Assembly: GCA_043228905.1 (NCBI GenBank)
Contig: JBHGNT010000013.1
Location: forward strand, 3,286,001 to 3,350,000
Reading direction: 5' to 3'
From: Azolla caroliniana
Lineage: Eukaryota; Plantae; Polypodiophyta
Length of the DNA stretch: 64,000 bases
The position numbers were made by a program, and so were the translations under genes. Shown here one piece after another: positions 1 through 12,302 of the stretch. The notes under the pieces were generated by a model. That model had not been told where the DNA came from and searched no databases. It saw only the letters and a list, made by a program, of their open reading frames with translations. Position 1 is the first letter of the stretch; the number at the start of each line of letters is the position of its first letter.

Positions 1-881
1 CTCAGCTTATCATAATTTGGCTTTCTGCCGGTCCATATTTCCTGAGGTATCTTAAGTCCTAGAGGTCTACTTGGCGACATATTGATTATGTGTACTGCCG
101 TGAGTAGAGGCTCTGCCCAGAAGCCATCCGACAGTCCGGAGTGTTGGAGCATGGATACAACGCGTTCTTGAATCGTCCGATTCATGCGTTCTGCGATTCC
201 GTTCTGCTCCGGACTATATGGTGCCGTATATTCACGTCTAATGCCGCGTTCTGGGAGAAAATTGACGAATTCATCAGATTTGAACTCACCTCCATTATCG
301 GTTCGGAGACACTTCAGTTTCTGACCGGTATGGTTTTCGACCATTGCGAGCCAATCTGAGAAGATCGAGAACACCCGATCTTTGGTTCTGATGGGGTAAG
401 CCCACACCTTCCGAGTCGAGTCGTCAATGAAACTGACGAAGTACGAGGCACTACCGAGTGACTGATGTGGCATCGGGCCACAGACGCCCGAGTGGACCAA
501 ATCAAGCGGGCTCGACTCTCTTGGTGCTGATGTTGGGTGTGATGCGGCTACCTGTTTGCCGTACTGGCAATGCTCGCAAAACTTATGGTCCGAGAAGGAG
601 AGTTTCGGGATGTATTCGGCTCTGGATAGGTGCGTGATGCCGGCCTTGCTGAGGTGTCCAAGTCATCCATGCCATAAGGATGACATAGGTATATCTACTA
701 GAAATAAGTCACCCTCTCTGAGTGTGACATACAAAGGGTACAATGACTGTACCTTTGGTCCTCTAGCAAGCAGGAGGTTCCCTCTGTGGAGTGTCTACCC
801 TCCTGAAGAGAAACCAACACGGATGCCAGCTTCATCAAGTTTTCCGACTGAGATCAAGGGTCGTGAGAGCTCAGGAACGTG

Positions 882-1988
882 TCAGACGTTGTGTAGTACG
901 AGTGTAGAGCCACCCGGAAGGTTGAGCTCTACGGTGCCGATTCCGATGATAGCACAGTGCTGCGAATTTCCGACTCGAATTGAGTCGGAGTGCCGGTCCG
1001 AATATTGCCGAAACTGTGATCGGTGAGGTGTCACGTGATACGACGCAACTGAGTCCAGAAGCCATGTGCTCGATTCCTCAGTCGTAAGCAGAACTTCTGA
1101 TTCGACTGGATTCTCTATGGACAATATGTTCGGGTCGGTCGTCAATATCTCGGCTGAAGAGCTGACGTAGTTGACTTCCTCATGCCAGTTACTCCTCTGA
1201 TCAGCTCTCTGAGCTTTGTCTGTCTTTGACTTGAGTACCCGACAGTCGGCCTTGATGTGTCCCGGTTTCTTGCAGTAATTGCAAATTCGGGTTTCCCGGG
1301 ACTTGCTGCGGCTTCGCTGATTTGTCGGCGGTCGGGAAGAACTTCTTCCCCGGTTGTTCGATCGATCGGTCGAACCTTGTACTACATAGGCTTCTTCTGC
1401 CGAGTCTTTGGTGAAAGACTTTCTCCGAGCTGCTTCAGTCAGGATTGCACTTGTGACTTTGGAATACTTGATGGCAGTCGTAGAAGCGTTGCACACAGTT
1501 GTAACGAAGGTTTCCCAAGAGGAGGGGAGACTGCTCATGAGTATCATTGCTCTGAGTTCATCCTCGATTGTCGTCCCCTGTGACGAGATTTGGGAGCTCA
1601 AACTTTCGTACTTGTTAAGGTGTGCCTGAACCGAATCAGAGTCCTTCCTCCGCAAGTTGTAGAGGCGCCGGATCAAATACATCTTCGTTGAGGAGACCTT
1701 CTTTTCGTAGGTTTCCAACAACTTCTTCCAAAGTTCGAAGGCTGTCATGCACGATTGCACTGTGAAGTACACTGACTCCGACAGGTGCATCCGAATCGTG
1801 GCACGGATGATTCTGTCCAGCTTCTGCCACTCATTTGCCTTGTATATTTTTGGAGTAGTTTCATTCTCAATCGGATCGATCTGACCCTTGACTATAAGAT
1901 AGTCCTGCATTTGCTCCTTCCAAAAATTGAAGTTCGAACCATCGAACCTCCTTAGACTCATTTCCGATGAGCCGGATGTTGATGCCAT
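882..1988 (-). CDS. Copia A gag-protease (5' part of a disrupted polyprotein)
   Basis: UBN2-type gag (FDGSNFNFWK; LMSSLPSSWETFV), CCHC knuckle CNYCKKPGHIKADC, protease WLLDSVASYH. Confidence 0.9.
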   Translation of the reverse strand: MASTSGSSEMSLRRFDGSNFNFWKEQMQDYLIVKGQIDPIENETTPKIYKANEWQKLDRIIRATIRMHLSESVYFTVQSCMTAFELWKKLLETYEKKVSSTKMYLIRRLYNLRRKDSDSVQAHLNKYESLSSQISSQGTTIEDELRAMILMSSLPSSWETFVTTVCNASTTAIKYSKVTSAILTEAARRKSFTKDSAEEAYVVQGSTDRSNNRGRSSSRPPTNQRSRSKSRETRICNYCKKPGHIKADCRVLKSKTDKAQRADQRSNWHEEVNYVSSSAEILTTDPNILSIENPVESEVLLTTEESSTWLLDSVASYHVTPHRSQFRQYSDRHSDSIRVGNSQHCAIIGIGTVELNLPGGSTLVLHNV

Positions 1989-2681
1989 CAGATTCGGTTT
2001 CGGTTGACGAAGCTCGGTTCGGAGTTGACTACGAACTTTGTTGGAGTGCAGCCGGTCGGCTCACCCGATATCGTTCTAGTCGGATTTGAACCCGAGTCGG
2101 TTCGGTGTTGGATATATGTATTGTTGAACTTGCTCGAATTGACTGCGGTAACTTGAGGGACGGAACCGACTGGTCTTCCCGAATGTTGCCGAGTCGGAGT
2201 GAGTCTAGTTCGCTTCCGAATATATATGCCAAATACTGATTATTGAAACCGATTGTCTGGACCGATTCTGTTTCGGGTGACTGCAGCGACGAGAGAGACG
2301 GATGCAATTGATCCTCCCAAATGTCGATCAGCCGGATGAAGCACGAATTGGGGTTGTTGTCTTGAGACCGATCTGCACCAAGTGGTTACAACGGGCGGCG
2401 AGCAACGTTCGGTGACCTGTTCGGATGCCATTTAACCGAGTGGAGCACGATCGTGTCAATGTTGCACAAGGGGATTTCACCTCAAGCGGTTACGATCACG
2501 AGGAACAGAGTACAGCCGGTTGGCTTACTCCAAGCGAAGATGATCTAAAGCGATGAGATGCAAGCCTCGTTTTTCTTCTTCTTCTCTCTTCTCTGTTTCT
2601 TCAAATACAAAATAGAAAAAAATAGAATGTTGTGATCCAAAAATTCGAATGGCGGCCGGCAGCGGGATGAAGGACATCCAA

Positions 2682-2693
2682 GCTCTGATACCA
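2682..2693 (-). promoter_or_regulatory. Primer-binding site (PBS), tRNA-iMet, Copia A
   Basis: TGGTATCAGAGC on the minus strand, 2 nt from the LTR end. Confidence 0.92.
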
Positions 2694-2695
2694 AA

Positions 2696-3016
2696 TGTAG
2701 GGAATGAACAAGGCCGTCAGTGCGGAAGAGATCACACAGTATGAATCTGTGAGGAAGAAATACCTGCGTATGAGAGAGCCAAGAACACAATACGCACAGA
2801 GAGAGAGAGAGAGAGAGGCACAAAGAATATATCTATATTCATAAAAGGGCAACCGTTACAATAATGAACAACCAACCTTTTCAAAAGGTTACAAAGTCAC
2901 TTTATATAGTGACTCACTTAGGGCGACTGCCCTTTATGTTATTTACAGAAATAGCCTGAACTTGGGCTCTCTAAGAGGATAGTGTGAATACGTCCATTAT
3001 ACATTTGTATTCGACA
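2696..3016 (-). repeat. 5' LTR of Copia A
   Basis: TG..CA ends, TATA-like element, adjacent PBS; Copia B RT coding sequence resumes at 3017. Confidence 0.85.
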
Positions 3017-6000
3017 GTGTGGAGACAGGTCGGCATTCGAACTTGTACATCGTATTCAACACATAGTGTCGTTGTGAGGGCAATATGCCGTCAGGGGTTT
3101 GGATCACCTCGATCCCAAGAAAACAATGAAGGTCCTCCAGGTCCTTCATTTCAAATGCGTCTGACAGTTGGGACTTTACTCGGCCAACTTCATTGAGTTC
3201 GAACCTTGCCGGATGAACAATGATGAGTCAGATTTAGAGGTTACAAACCCCATCTGACACAACCGGTGCGTAATCTTCGAATTCCAAGCTCGAGGGGCTT
3301 GTTTCAGACCGTAAAGCGACTTCTTAAGCCGACACACCGTCGACTTGTTCATATTTGACTGAAAACCGGGAGGTTGGATCATATAGACCCATTCTTCAAG
3401 GTCACCTTGAAGAAACGCATTCTTCACATCCATTTGGTGAAGATGCCACCCCCTTGCCACAGCAACCACCAGTACCATGCAAACCGTCGTCATCTTCACT
3501 ACCGGGGCGAAGGTCTCGTCGTAATCGATTCCGTGGGTCTGTGTGTATCCCATCGCCAATAACCAAGCCTTGTACCAGTTAACCGAACCATCAACATTGT
3601 AGTTTACCTTGTACACCCATTTGCAACCGATCGGTTTACAGTGTCGGGGAGGGTCAACGAGGTCCCATGTGTCATTGGCATCGAGTGCCTGCATTTCTTC
3701 CTACATAGTGGCATGCCAATTTGCGTCCTTTGCCGCTTCTGCGTAGCTCTCCGACTCACGTACTTCCGCCACTTTGGTCATGTACGCATAGTGATGCGCC
3801 ATGTACTCATTGTACTCGTACCGCATAACAGGTTCTTCTGGTGGGATGACCGGCGTAACTTGTCGTTACCCGGTTTAAGGCCCTTCTTGGCCGATTCGGA
3901 CTTCCTTGCTGAAGATCCAACTTCTTCCTTTCCGGAGTCGGATTTGCTCCTATCCGACTCAACGTTGCCGGTTTCGTATTCCAGCATCTTCTTCCTCCCC
4001 TTCTCTTTGCGCATGTACCGTCTCCTCGGTTCCTTGCGCTAGGAGATCATGACAGAGTGTCCACTACTCGCCTGTTCTTCATCCAACTGGTCATCCCGAC
4101 TCAGCCGCTCATTCGGTCCACTCAATCGGAATGAAATCAGACTCTCTCCTAGAGTGCCAAAATCTTCATCTACTACTTGGACCTCCTCGGGCTCACTAGC
4201 CTCATCTTCCGGAATCGGGTCTTCATCGGAAGTTGGAATCATTAAGGAGTACCATGATGCCATCTCATCAAACTCGACATCTCGGCTTACTTGGACTTGC
4301 TTAGTCCGAGGGTTATAGCACTTATACCCTTCTGCTCATGTGAGTAGCCGACTAGGATGCACTTCTCTGACTTTAGATCTATCTTTTTCCGCTTCTCATC
4401 CGGTACATGCACATATGCTACGCTACCAAATATCCGAAGGTGTCTCAAATTCAGCTTGTGCCTGAAATACCGCTCATGTGCTGACACCTTGTCACCGATC
4501 CGGTTTTGGATGTAGACGGCTGTCCGGACCGCCTCAGCCCAATAGAAATGGGGCATGCTCTTCTCCTCTACCATTTCCCTTGCCACTTCAACAATCAACC
4601 GGTTCTTCCTTTAGGTCACTTTGTTTTACTCCGGTGTGTACCTGGAGCTGAATTCTCTCTGAATTCCGTTCTGCTGCAAATAACTGTTGAATTGGCCGGA
4701 ATAGTATTCTTTCCCGCCATCCGACCGCAGGCACTTGATCTTCCTCTTTGTTTCCCGTTCAACCAAGCTTTGAAGGTTCCGGAAACACTAGAAGAATTTG
4801 CTCTTCCTCTCGATGAGGTAGATCCACGCGTGCCGACTGTAGTGATCGATGAAAGAGACGAAATACTGACTCCCGCCAAGATTAACGTTTTGTGTCAGTC
4901 CCCATACATCCGATGGATTAAATCGAGCTTGTTATGGCTCTAGTTTTGATCGGTGGGGAATGGAACCCGGTGTTACTTCCCAAGTTGGCAAGCTTCACAA
5001 ATTCCGGCCTTTCGGCCACTGAATTTCGGCAATCCGAACACAACTTGTTTCGATTGTAGGTCTTGAAGCCTCCGGTAATTGACGTGGCCAATCCGCTTGT
5101 GCTAGAGATCAAATATCCGGTTCAACCTTCTACCTTTCGCAAACATAGTGGTGCCGACATCATTAGTGTTGAGGATGAACATCCTCCTGTCTTGGAATGT
5201 GTAATAGTCGGAATGTGTAGTACATTCATCAGCTTCCCCTTTTGTCTGACATGGCTTCTCTGACATGCACAATTGGGTGAGGGGTGTCATGTCTGGTTTC
5301 GACAATCCCCGGTTGTTCCGGTTTCTCCAAAAAAGAGAACCACTCTGCATGGCTCCTCATGTGGTTGGACGCTTCGGAATCAATGTACCATACTTCCTTC
5401 GATCCAGAGGTAGTCTTCTTCATTGAGTTGGCATTGTGCTTCATCACAAAGGTTGGCCCTTTACCGGTTTTCCCGGTTCCGGATTCTTCCGATCCTTCCG
5501 CGTAGTGCGAGCTTTGCCGGTTCTCTTGACCGGTTTTGCCGGATTTGGATCTGTCCATATCGGCGCGCTTCTTCCAGCACTCACTTTCGCTGTGACCCTT
5601 TTTGCCACAGTTACAACATTCTGTGTCGACCTTTCCTTGCTAATTCCCGGCACCGCTTTGACTCCCCCTGCTTGTGGAGGGTCTAGAACTGTTGTCGGCA
5701 CCACCTCTGTGCCTCCGGTCCTGCTCTTGTTGGCCGCCTCCATTGCGTGCCAACCCACCTCGTCCACCACGTCCATGGGGCTGATCTGTCTCCGTGTACA
5801 ACATCCGGCCGTCCGATTGAGTGTTCCTTGACCCACTCACATGGTTTTCTTCAACCATTAGCTTTGATTGCAAGTCGAAGAAAGACGGTGGTTTCTCCCG
5901 GGTGCAGATCCCTGTCCGGTTTGGCCTGTACCTTTGCGCTAGACCACCGAGGTAGATTTGTACCATCTCTTCTTTGTCCACCATCATGTTGATGGACCCG

Positions 6001-6945
6001 AGTGCATCGCAAATCTCCTTTATCTTGGTGGTGTATTCTGTAACCAACATGTCTCTTTGCCGGATGTTGTTCAGCTCTTGCTGGAGTTACATCTTATAGG
6101 TTGTGGTATTCGCGGCGACAATCTTCCTCAGATTTCCCTAGGCCTCCTTCGGCATCTTTGCATCCTTGATGTAGCCGAGCATCTGGTCATGCACACTGGA
6201 CGTGAGGCAATACAATACTTGGCTCGCTCGTTGCTCCCATACCGGGAAGTCTTTGTATGACGGCTCCGGTGCTACTTCATTTGTTCCTTCCACGAAGCTC
6301 CAATATCCATGCCCTAGCAGGTAGTGGTGCATTTTATATGACCAGGACGCGTAGTTGCTCCAATCGAGCTTCTCTGTTGGAAGTGAACTCGCCATTCCTC
6401 TGTCCATATCTTCTCTCTATTTGTTGTTGCTGGGTTCTAGGGTTCGTCTACGAAAGCAAGCGTCGGCTGCAAAGGTTCTCAAACCATGAAAATGTTAATG
6501 TGCGGAAGCATAAGATAGAACTGGCTCAACTGGATAGCAACAGAAAATGAGATGAAGGTTTAATGGAGAAGCTTAACACAAAGAGTATATACGGGAGAGA
6601 CAAAGAGAGAGCAGAACATAGACTATATTCAAAAAATAACTCTAAAACTTTGTACATACAACATGCTAAACAACACTATTTATACAAGTCCATAAAGGAC
6701 TGACAGAAGTACTAACAGGTACTTCAATGCTCATACCTACGACTGACACTAACTAGGAGACAATGATTACCTAGTAGTCTAGGCTACTACTAGGCTTCCA
6801 GTTCCCGCTCGAATCCGGCTCTCCAATTCGTCTCCCCGATTCTGCCGGTTGTTTCTGGATACCAATCCGGCTCATCCTTTTGGATGCCAATCCAGCTCAG
6901 GCTTCTTCAGCCAATCCGGATCCGGTTGAGCTTGCTCACTCAACA
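3017..6945 (-). mobile_element. Copia B (Bryco/RLC5-like family), degenerate
   Basis: gag 5640..6407, protease WYIDSEASNH, integrase 4287..~5100, RT 3176..3694 (HQMDVKNAFL; YVDD region deleted near 3195); 5' LTR 6487..6945 homologous to the LTRs of D. Confidence 0.92.
6487..6945 (-). repeat. 5' LTR of Copia B
   Basis: Reverse complement aligns with LTRs 11608..12035 and 19129..19550. Confidence 0.88.
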
Positions 6946-9900
6946 CTTGGCACACTTGAGGGTTTTCAGTAGCATCGCGTATGTGCACGTGCCGAAGGAG
7001 AAACGGAGGAAGTTGGAGGCTAGAGCCAAGACGTGTATCTTGGTTGGCTACTTGGATGAATAGAAGGGTTATAAGTGTTATAATCCCCAAACCAGACAAG
7101 CTCCCGTAAATCGTGAGGTTGTGTTTCATGAGTCTGCGTCGTGGTACTTGCCTTCGCCTCCAACCCCTAACGACTCCATTCTTATCTCTAACAAAGAGGT
7201 CAGCAAGGCTGAAATGCCTCGGAACAAAGGAGACATTGGAGCTCTTGAAGAGAGTCTGATCTCATTTAGGCTAAGTGGTCTGAATGAGCGACTAAGTCAG
7301 CATGACCAGTGAGACACAGAGTTGGCGAGTAGTGGAGACTCGGCTATGCAATCCCTGCGCCGGAAGTCGAGGAGACAACTTACATGCTATTGTGAAGAAA
7401 ATGGGCCTTAGGTGGAATCGATGAAAAGGGTGTATGAACCGGCTCTTACGTGCGCACACAAGTATTGATAAGGTGTACATAATTAGGAATAGGTCAGCTG
7501 ATGTAAATATACTAGGTAGCATAGATTTATTAGCTAGGAAATCGATGCGTATCTCTGTCCGAAGAGACAGAGAATAAAGTGATGTGACCAGGATGTAACG
7601 GTCCCCGACGACCTATAAAGGGAAGGGGAGAAGACTGAAAAGGGATCGTTTTTTGGCGAGGACAAGCTGATGTCGGACTGGGAACTGAGCTCTCTCCTCC
7701 TCTATCGTTGTTTTCTGCAAGTTTTCTGTGTTGGTTGCCTCTGCTTTGAGGAAAGCCCGTATGCTTTCCGGCAAAGGCTCTATTGTGCGGGTGTGTGGGT
7801 GGGTGATTGTCTGGGTTGGGTCTGTCGTCGGCTATCCGGATGTAATCTTGCAAACACTGTAACCTTTATTGTTATTGGAATCGAATCTCTTGTTTCCCTC
7901 TCTCGGTGTTTCTGTGAGTCTCTCCTTTATGCGAGCGTGCATCTTGTTCAGATACGCATTAGTGGTTCATTTAGCTGGAAAGCGTTGTCAATTGCAAACG
8001 GGCCTAACCGGCCCTACGCTTGCACTATCCTCCCGCTCCACGTTCTTCTCTCTCTTGCTCCTCGGTTCAGGGCCCCAAAGGTCCCACCTTATTTCCTATG
8101 CGAAAGCGGAACAACACGTCAACGCTAGAACTACGGCACTGATAAAGTCAAGTCGGATCAAAGCGAATCTGACTCTGTGAAGAATGAAGACGGACCTTCG
8201 AAAACGAAGTCCGCGTCCGCCAAGAGGGCCTCAAAATTTGCTAATGAGCAATTATGTTGATCTACCTGCCAGAAGAACCTCATGGTGTGGTTCAGATACA
8301 ACAAGTCCATGGCACATCATTACATGTACATGGTGCGACTAGCGGAAGTGCGTGAGCCGGAGAGCTACGCTGAAGCGGTGAAGGACGCAAATTGGCGTGC
8401 CGCAATGGAGGAAGAGATGCACGCATTAGCAGAAAATGAAACTTGGGACCTGGTTGACACCCCAAAGGGTGTAAAGTCGATTGGATTTAGGTGGGTGTAC
8501 AAGCTCAAGTACAACACCAACGGCTCTATCAACCGCTACAAGGCCTGATTAGTGGCGAAGGGATACACACAACAACAGGATGTTGACTACGATGAGAACT
8601 TTGGGCCGGTGGCAAAGATGACAACCCTTTGTGTATTTCTTGTGGTAGCCACGGTAAAGGGGTGGCATTTACATCAGATGGATGTAAAGAATGCGTTCCT
8701 GCAAGGAGAACTTGAGGAACACCTATACATGGTACAACCCCCCAAATTTCAGTCCGGAAGGAACACCTCGGCATTATGCTGACTGAAGAAGTAGCTCTAC
8801 GAACTAAACCATGTTGTACGCACGTGGAATGTGAAGATCACACAACACCTGCGTCAAATAGGGTTTGCAACGTCCAAATCGGAGCCTTCATTGTTCGTCC
8901 AGCAAGGTCGACATGGACCAGTTAGTATTTTACTTTATGTTGATGATTTAGTCATTGCCGGCACCGACCTAGATGAAATCGGCCACGTAAAGTCGCAGCT
9001 CGCGGCATCATTTGACATGAAAGACTTAGGGGACCTTCATTACTTCCTAGGGATCGAAGTGATACACACCCTCGAAGGCATACTGATCAGCCAACGACAT
9101 TACATGAGAATGCTCTTCAAGTTTGGGATAGCAGACTATAAGTCCATCTCAACTAATCTAGATAGAAACCTGAAGCTTCGTTGAGATTTGGGAAAGGCGT
9201 ACGACCCGACACGGTTTCGATAGATTATCGGCCAATCAATTTATTTCGCAGCCCACGGCCGAACACCTTCAGTACGTGCATAGGATATTGTGCTATATCC
9301 GGTATTGCCGAACAATTCGTCGGCTACTCGGATTCTGACTGGGTCGGAAATGCCGGCGATCGCTTGGAGCAGCAAGAAGCAACCGATAGTTGCACTGTCG
9401 AGCACGGAGGCTGAGTATCGAGGAGCGAGTATCGCAACATGCGAAACCATTTGGCTCAAGAGGCTACTCAAGGATATGCAGGTGGTGGTGTCCGTTCTGA
9501 TGACGATCTATTGCGACCACCTCAGTAGTATCCAACTTGTGAAGAACCTCGTCTTCCATGCCCAGACCAAGCACATTGAGGTGCACTACCATTTTTTCCA
9601 TGAGCGTGTCCTCTCCGGTGAAGTCGAACTTGCGTATGTTCGGACGGATCGACAAACTGCCGACATCTTTACCAAGCCCCTTGGTCTTGACAAGTTGCGA
9701 CAATTCTCGGGTGCTCTTGGTTTGCGGCACCTCGATGTGCCAAACTTGAGGGGGAGAAAAGACCATGAAAGGGAGTAGTAAAGGAGCGGAAGTGACCGCG
9801 AAGCCGAGTCGGATGAAGAATTCGATTTCTAGTCGACTGAAAAAGACGAAGGCGGAAACAAGGGCAACAACCAAAGAGAAGAGCTAGAGTCAGCCGAACA

Positions 9901-10296
9901 AGGGGGGAATAAAGCCAAGAAGGGCGAGAAGGCCAAGACCAAGACATGGTCTGATGTGGTTAAGGGCCTGAAGACACAAGAGCAATTGGAGACAACCAAT
10001 TCGGGCAAGAGCGGAAATGAATCAGAGACAGCCGATTCGGAGATGCCGAATCAACTGAAAGCCAAGCCGAGGAAAGGGCAGCGGAAGAGGCGCCAACACC
10101 GTGATAGCAAGGGAGCTGAGAAGGGCCGCACGAGCAGACAAGCCGACCGAAAGGGTCGAGGTGCGCGAAATCTAATGGGTCGAGGCGTGAAGCCAGGAGA
10201 AGCCAGAGAGAAGATCCGAAAGAGCAAGGGAACCTCAAGTTGAGCTTGAGGTGGAGTGTTGAGATACAACCTCAATATTAGGTGTGTAAACCGGTG
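6946..10296 (+). mobile_element. Copia C (same family), from integrase C-terminus to truncated 3' LTR, degenerate
   Basis: AYVHVPKEKRRKL; RT fragments 8282..9184 (LLYVDDL); RNase H 9290..9778 (TKHIEVHYH); PPT and LTR start TGTTGAG at 10257, cut by the LINE tail. Confidence 0.9.
7391..8122 (+). repeat. Probable solo LTR inserted in Copia C (ends approximate)
   Basis: About 730 bp absent from the homologous positions of B, D and I; TATA (CCTATAAAG) followed by a purine-rich stretch; termini and TSD eroded. Confidence 0.6.
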
Positions 10297-10321
10297 TTAG
10301 AATTAGAATTAGAATTAGAAT
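10297..10321 (-). repeat. (ATTCTA)n 3' tail of the LINE
   Basis: TTAGAA x4 on the plus strand, about 80 bp after the ORF stop. Confidence 0.8.
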
Positions 10322-11607
10322 TTTTATCATCCATAAAGAGGCCAATTCTGACCTATGGGACTAGAGTATACATGTGTTCTTAATATATGTCTTCGTCCTA
10401 AGAAGGGGTATTCATACATTGAAGCACAAAGTCTCTATGTGTTAGTAAAGCATACACATATGAGCTCAACCTTCTAGGTGGTGTCTTAAGTATGGCACTG
10501 AAGTTATCACTCCCTCTTAGTATGTCAACATATCTTGAACGAATTGCACTATATGTTGAGCATGTGAAGAGCAAGTGACATTCATCCTCTACAATGCCTT
10601 CATTGCATACTTTACATGTCTTCAAATTCGTTACATTTTGATACCATGATGCAACTTCAATACCTAACTTGTGAGATCGAGTGGGAAGTAGTGTAAGGGC
10701 TCTACGAGCATTACTACTCATATTGGTAATGAGATAAGGCTGGATACGATCAATAGATATTCCTGCTTTATATTGAGACCAACATTCAAGGTTGACATTT
10801 GCAATGTAGTATTCTAGCTTTGTCCTCTTAACACCCTCCCACTTCATCCTTAATGATTCCATGAACCTTTCCTCAATCATTACATACTGCATAGCATTGC
10901 CCGAAAACTCTAAAAGATCATCCACACCCCATCTTCTAAACCATTTCCTCATGTCAACAACCCAACCAGATGAGAGAATCTTACTTTTATGATTCTTTTG
11001 TAGCTTACATCCAACATTCCAAGCAAGATGTGGTAATCAATGATTCAGCATATTCTTAACTTTGGAGTGCCAATAGTTCTATGGGTCGAACACCCGTTTC
11101 CAAGAGCATAACCTGGTAAGAGGTAGTGAATTTAACTCCTAATTGCCTCCTTAAAAACATCTTTTGAATTTTCTCAATCTCGTTCCATGCATTAAGAGAG
11201 ATGGTGTCACCCCATACTTCTACTCCATAAAGCAATACGCGAGTTACCATGGCATTGAAAAACATTACTTCTATTTCCCATCCACAAGTATCACTTTGGT
11301 TGCATTGGTTCTCCAAAAGGTAATATGATTTCCAATCGGCTTGGAGTCTAGAATCAAAGCATGCACTCCATTTATTTAATTGTATATGTTCACCTTTATA
11401 TGTAAGCATAGGGTAATGATGAGGTTGGATGGTTTGCACTACCATCATTTTTGTTTTCTCCACATTCACTACTAGTCCACTACTATGGCAAAATTATTCT
11501 AATACCCCAAGTAAATGTTGCATACTATCAACATCATATGAGAAGAGTACCACATCATCTGCATATAGAAGCAATAAGATAACATGTTGCATCAAATTGG
11601 GGCCATT

Positions 11608-12035
11608 TGTTGAACGACAAGTTCAACTAGATCTGGATCGGCTGAATAAGCCTGAGCTGAATCGATGAGCCGGTGAGCAAGTGAGCCATTGAGCTAGGGA
11701 GCCAATTAGCCGGATCAAGTAGTAACCGGAAGCCTAGTAGCAGCCTAGACTACTAGGTAGTTAATGTCTCGTAGTTAGTGTCAGATGCTCTTGTGAGCAT
11801 TGAAGTACATTGTACTTCTATCAGTCCTCTAGGACTTGTATAAATAGTGTTGTTGAGCACGTTGTATGTACAGAGTTTTAGAGTTAATTTTTGAATATAG
11901 TTCTATGTTCTACTCTCTCTGTCTCTCCTGTATATACTCTATGTTTTAAGTTTTTCAATTAACCCTTCATCTCATTTTCTGTTGCTATCCGGTTGAGCTG
12001 GTTCTTTCTGACGCTTCCACACATTAACATTAACA
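11608..12035 (+). repeat. 5' LTR of Copia D
   Basis: TG..CA, TSD upstream, PBS directly downstream. Confidence 0.92.
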
Positions 12036-12047
12036 TGGTATCAGAGC
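12036..12047 (+). promoter_or_regulatory. PBS, tRNA-iMet, Copia D
   Basis: TGGTATCAGAGC. Confidence 0.92.
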
Positions 12048-12302
12048 GTGATGGTTGAGAACCTCTGCAACCGACATCAACATTTGAAGACAAACCCTAA
12101 GACCCGGTAAGAACAGAAAGAGAAGTGATGGACAGAGGAATGGTTAGCTCGCTCCCAGTGGAGAAGCTCGAGAGATCCAACTACACATCTTGGTCATACA
12201 AGATGCTCCAGTACCTACTTGGGCATGGTTATTGGAGCTATGTCAACAGAGCTAACGACACAACACCTGATGCGGCACACAAGGACTTCATAGTGTGGGA
12301 AC

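Larger units (their letters stand above)
1..3016 (-). mobile_element. Ty1/Copia LTR retrotransposon A (Tnt1/Tork-like), 5' part; continues off the left edge
   Basis: LTR 2696..3016 (TG..CA), PBS TGGTATCAGAGC at 2682..2693, gag/protease ORF, degenerate integrase sequence at 1..~560. Interrupts the RT of Copia B at 3016/3017. Confidence 0.93.
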
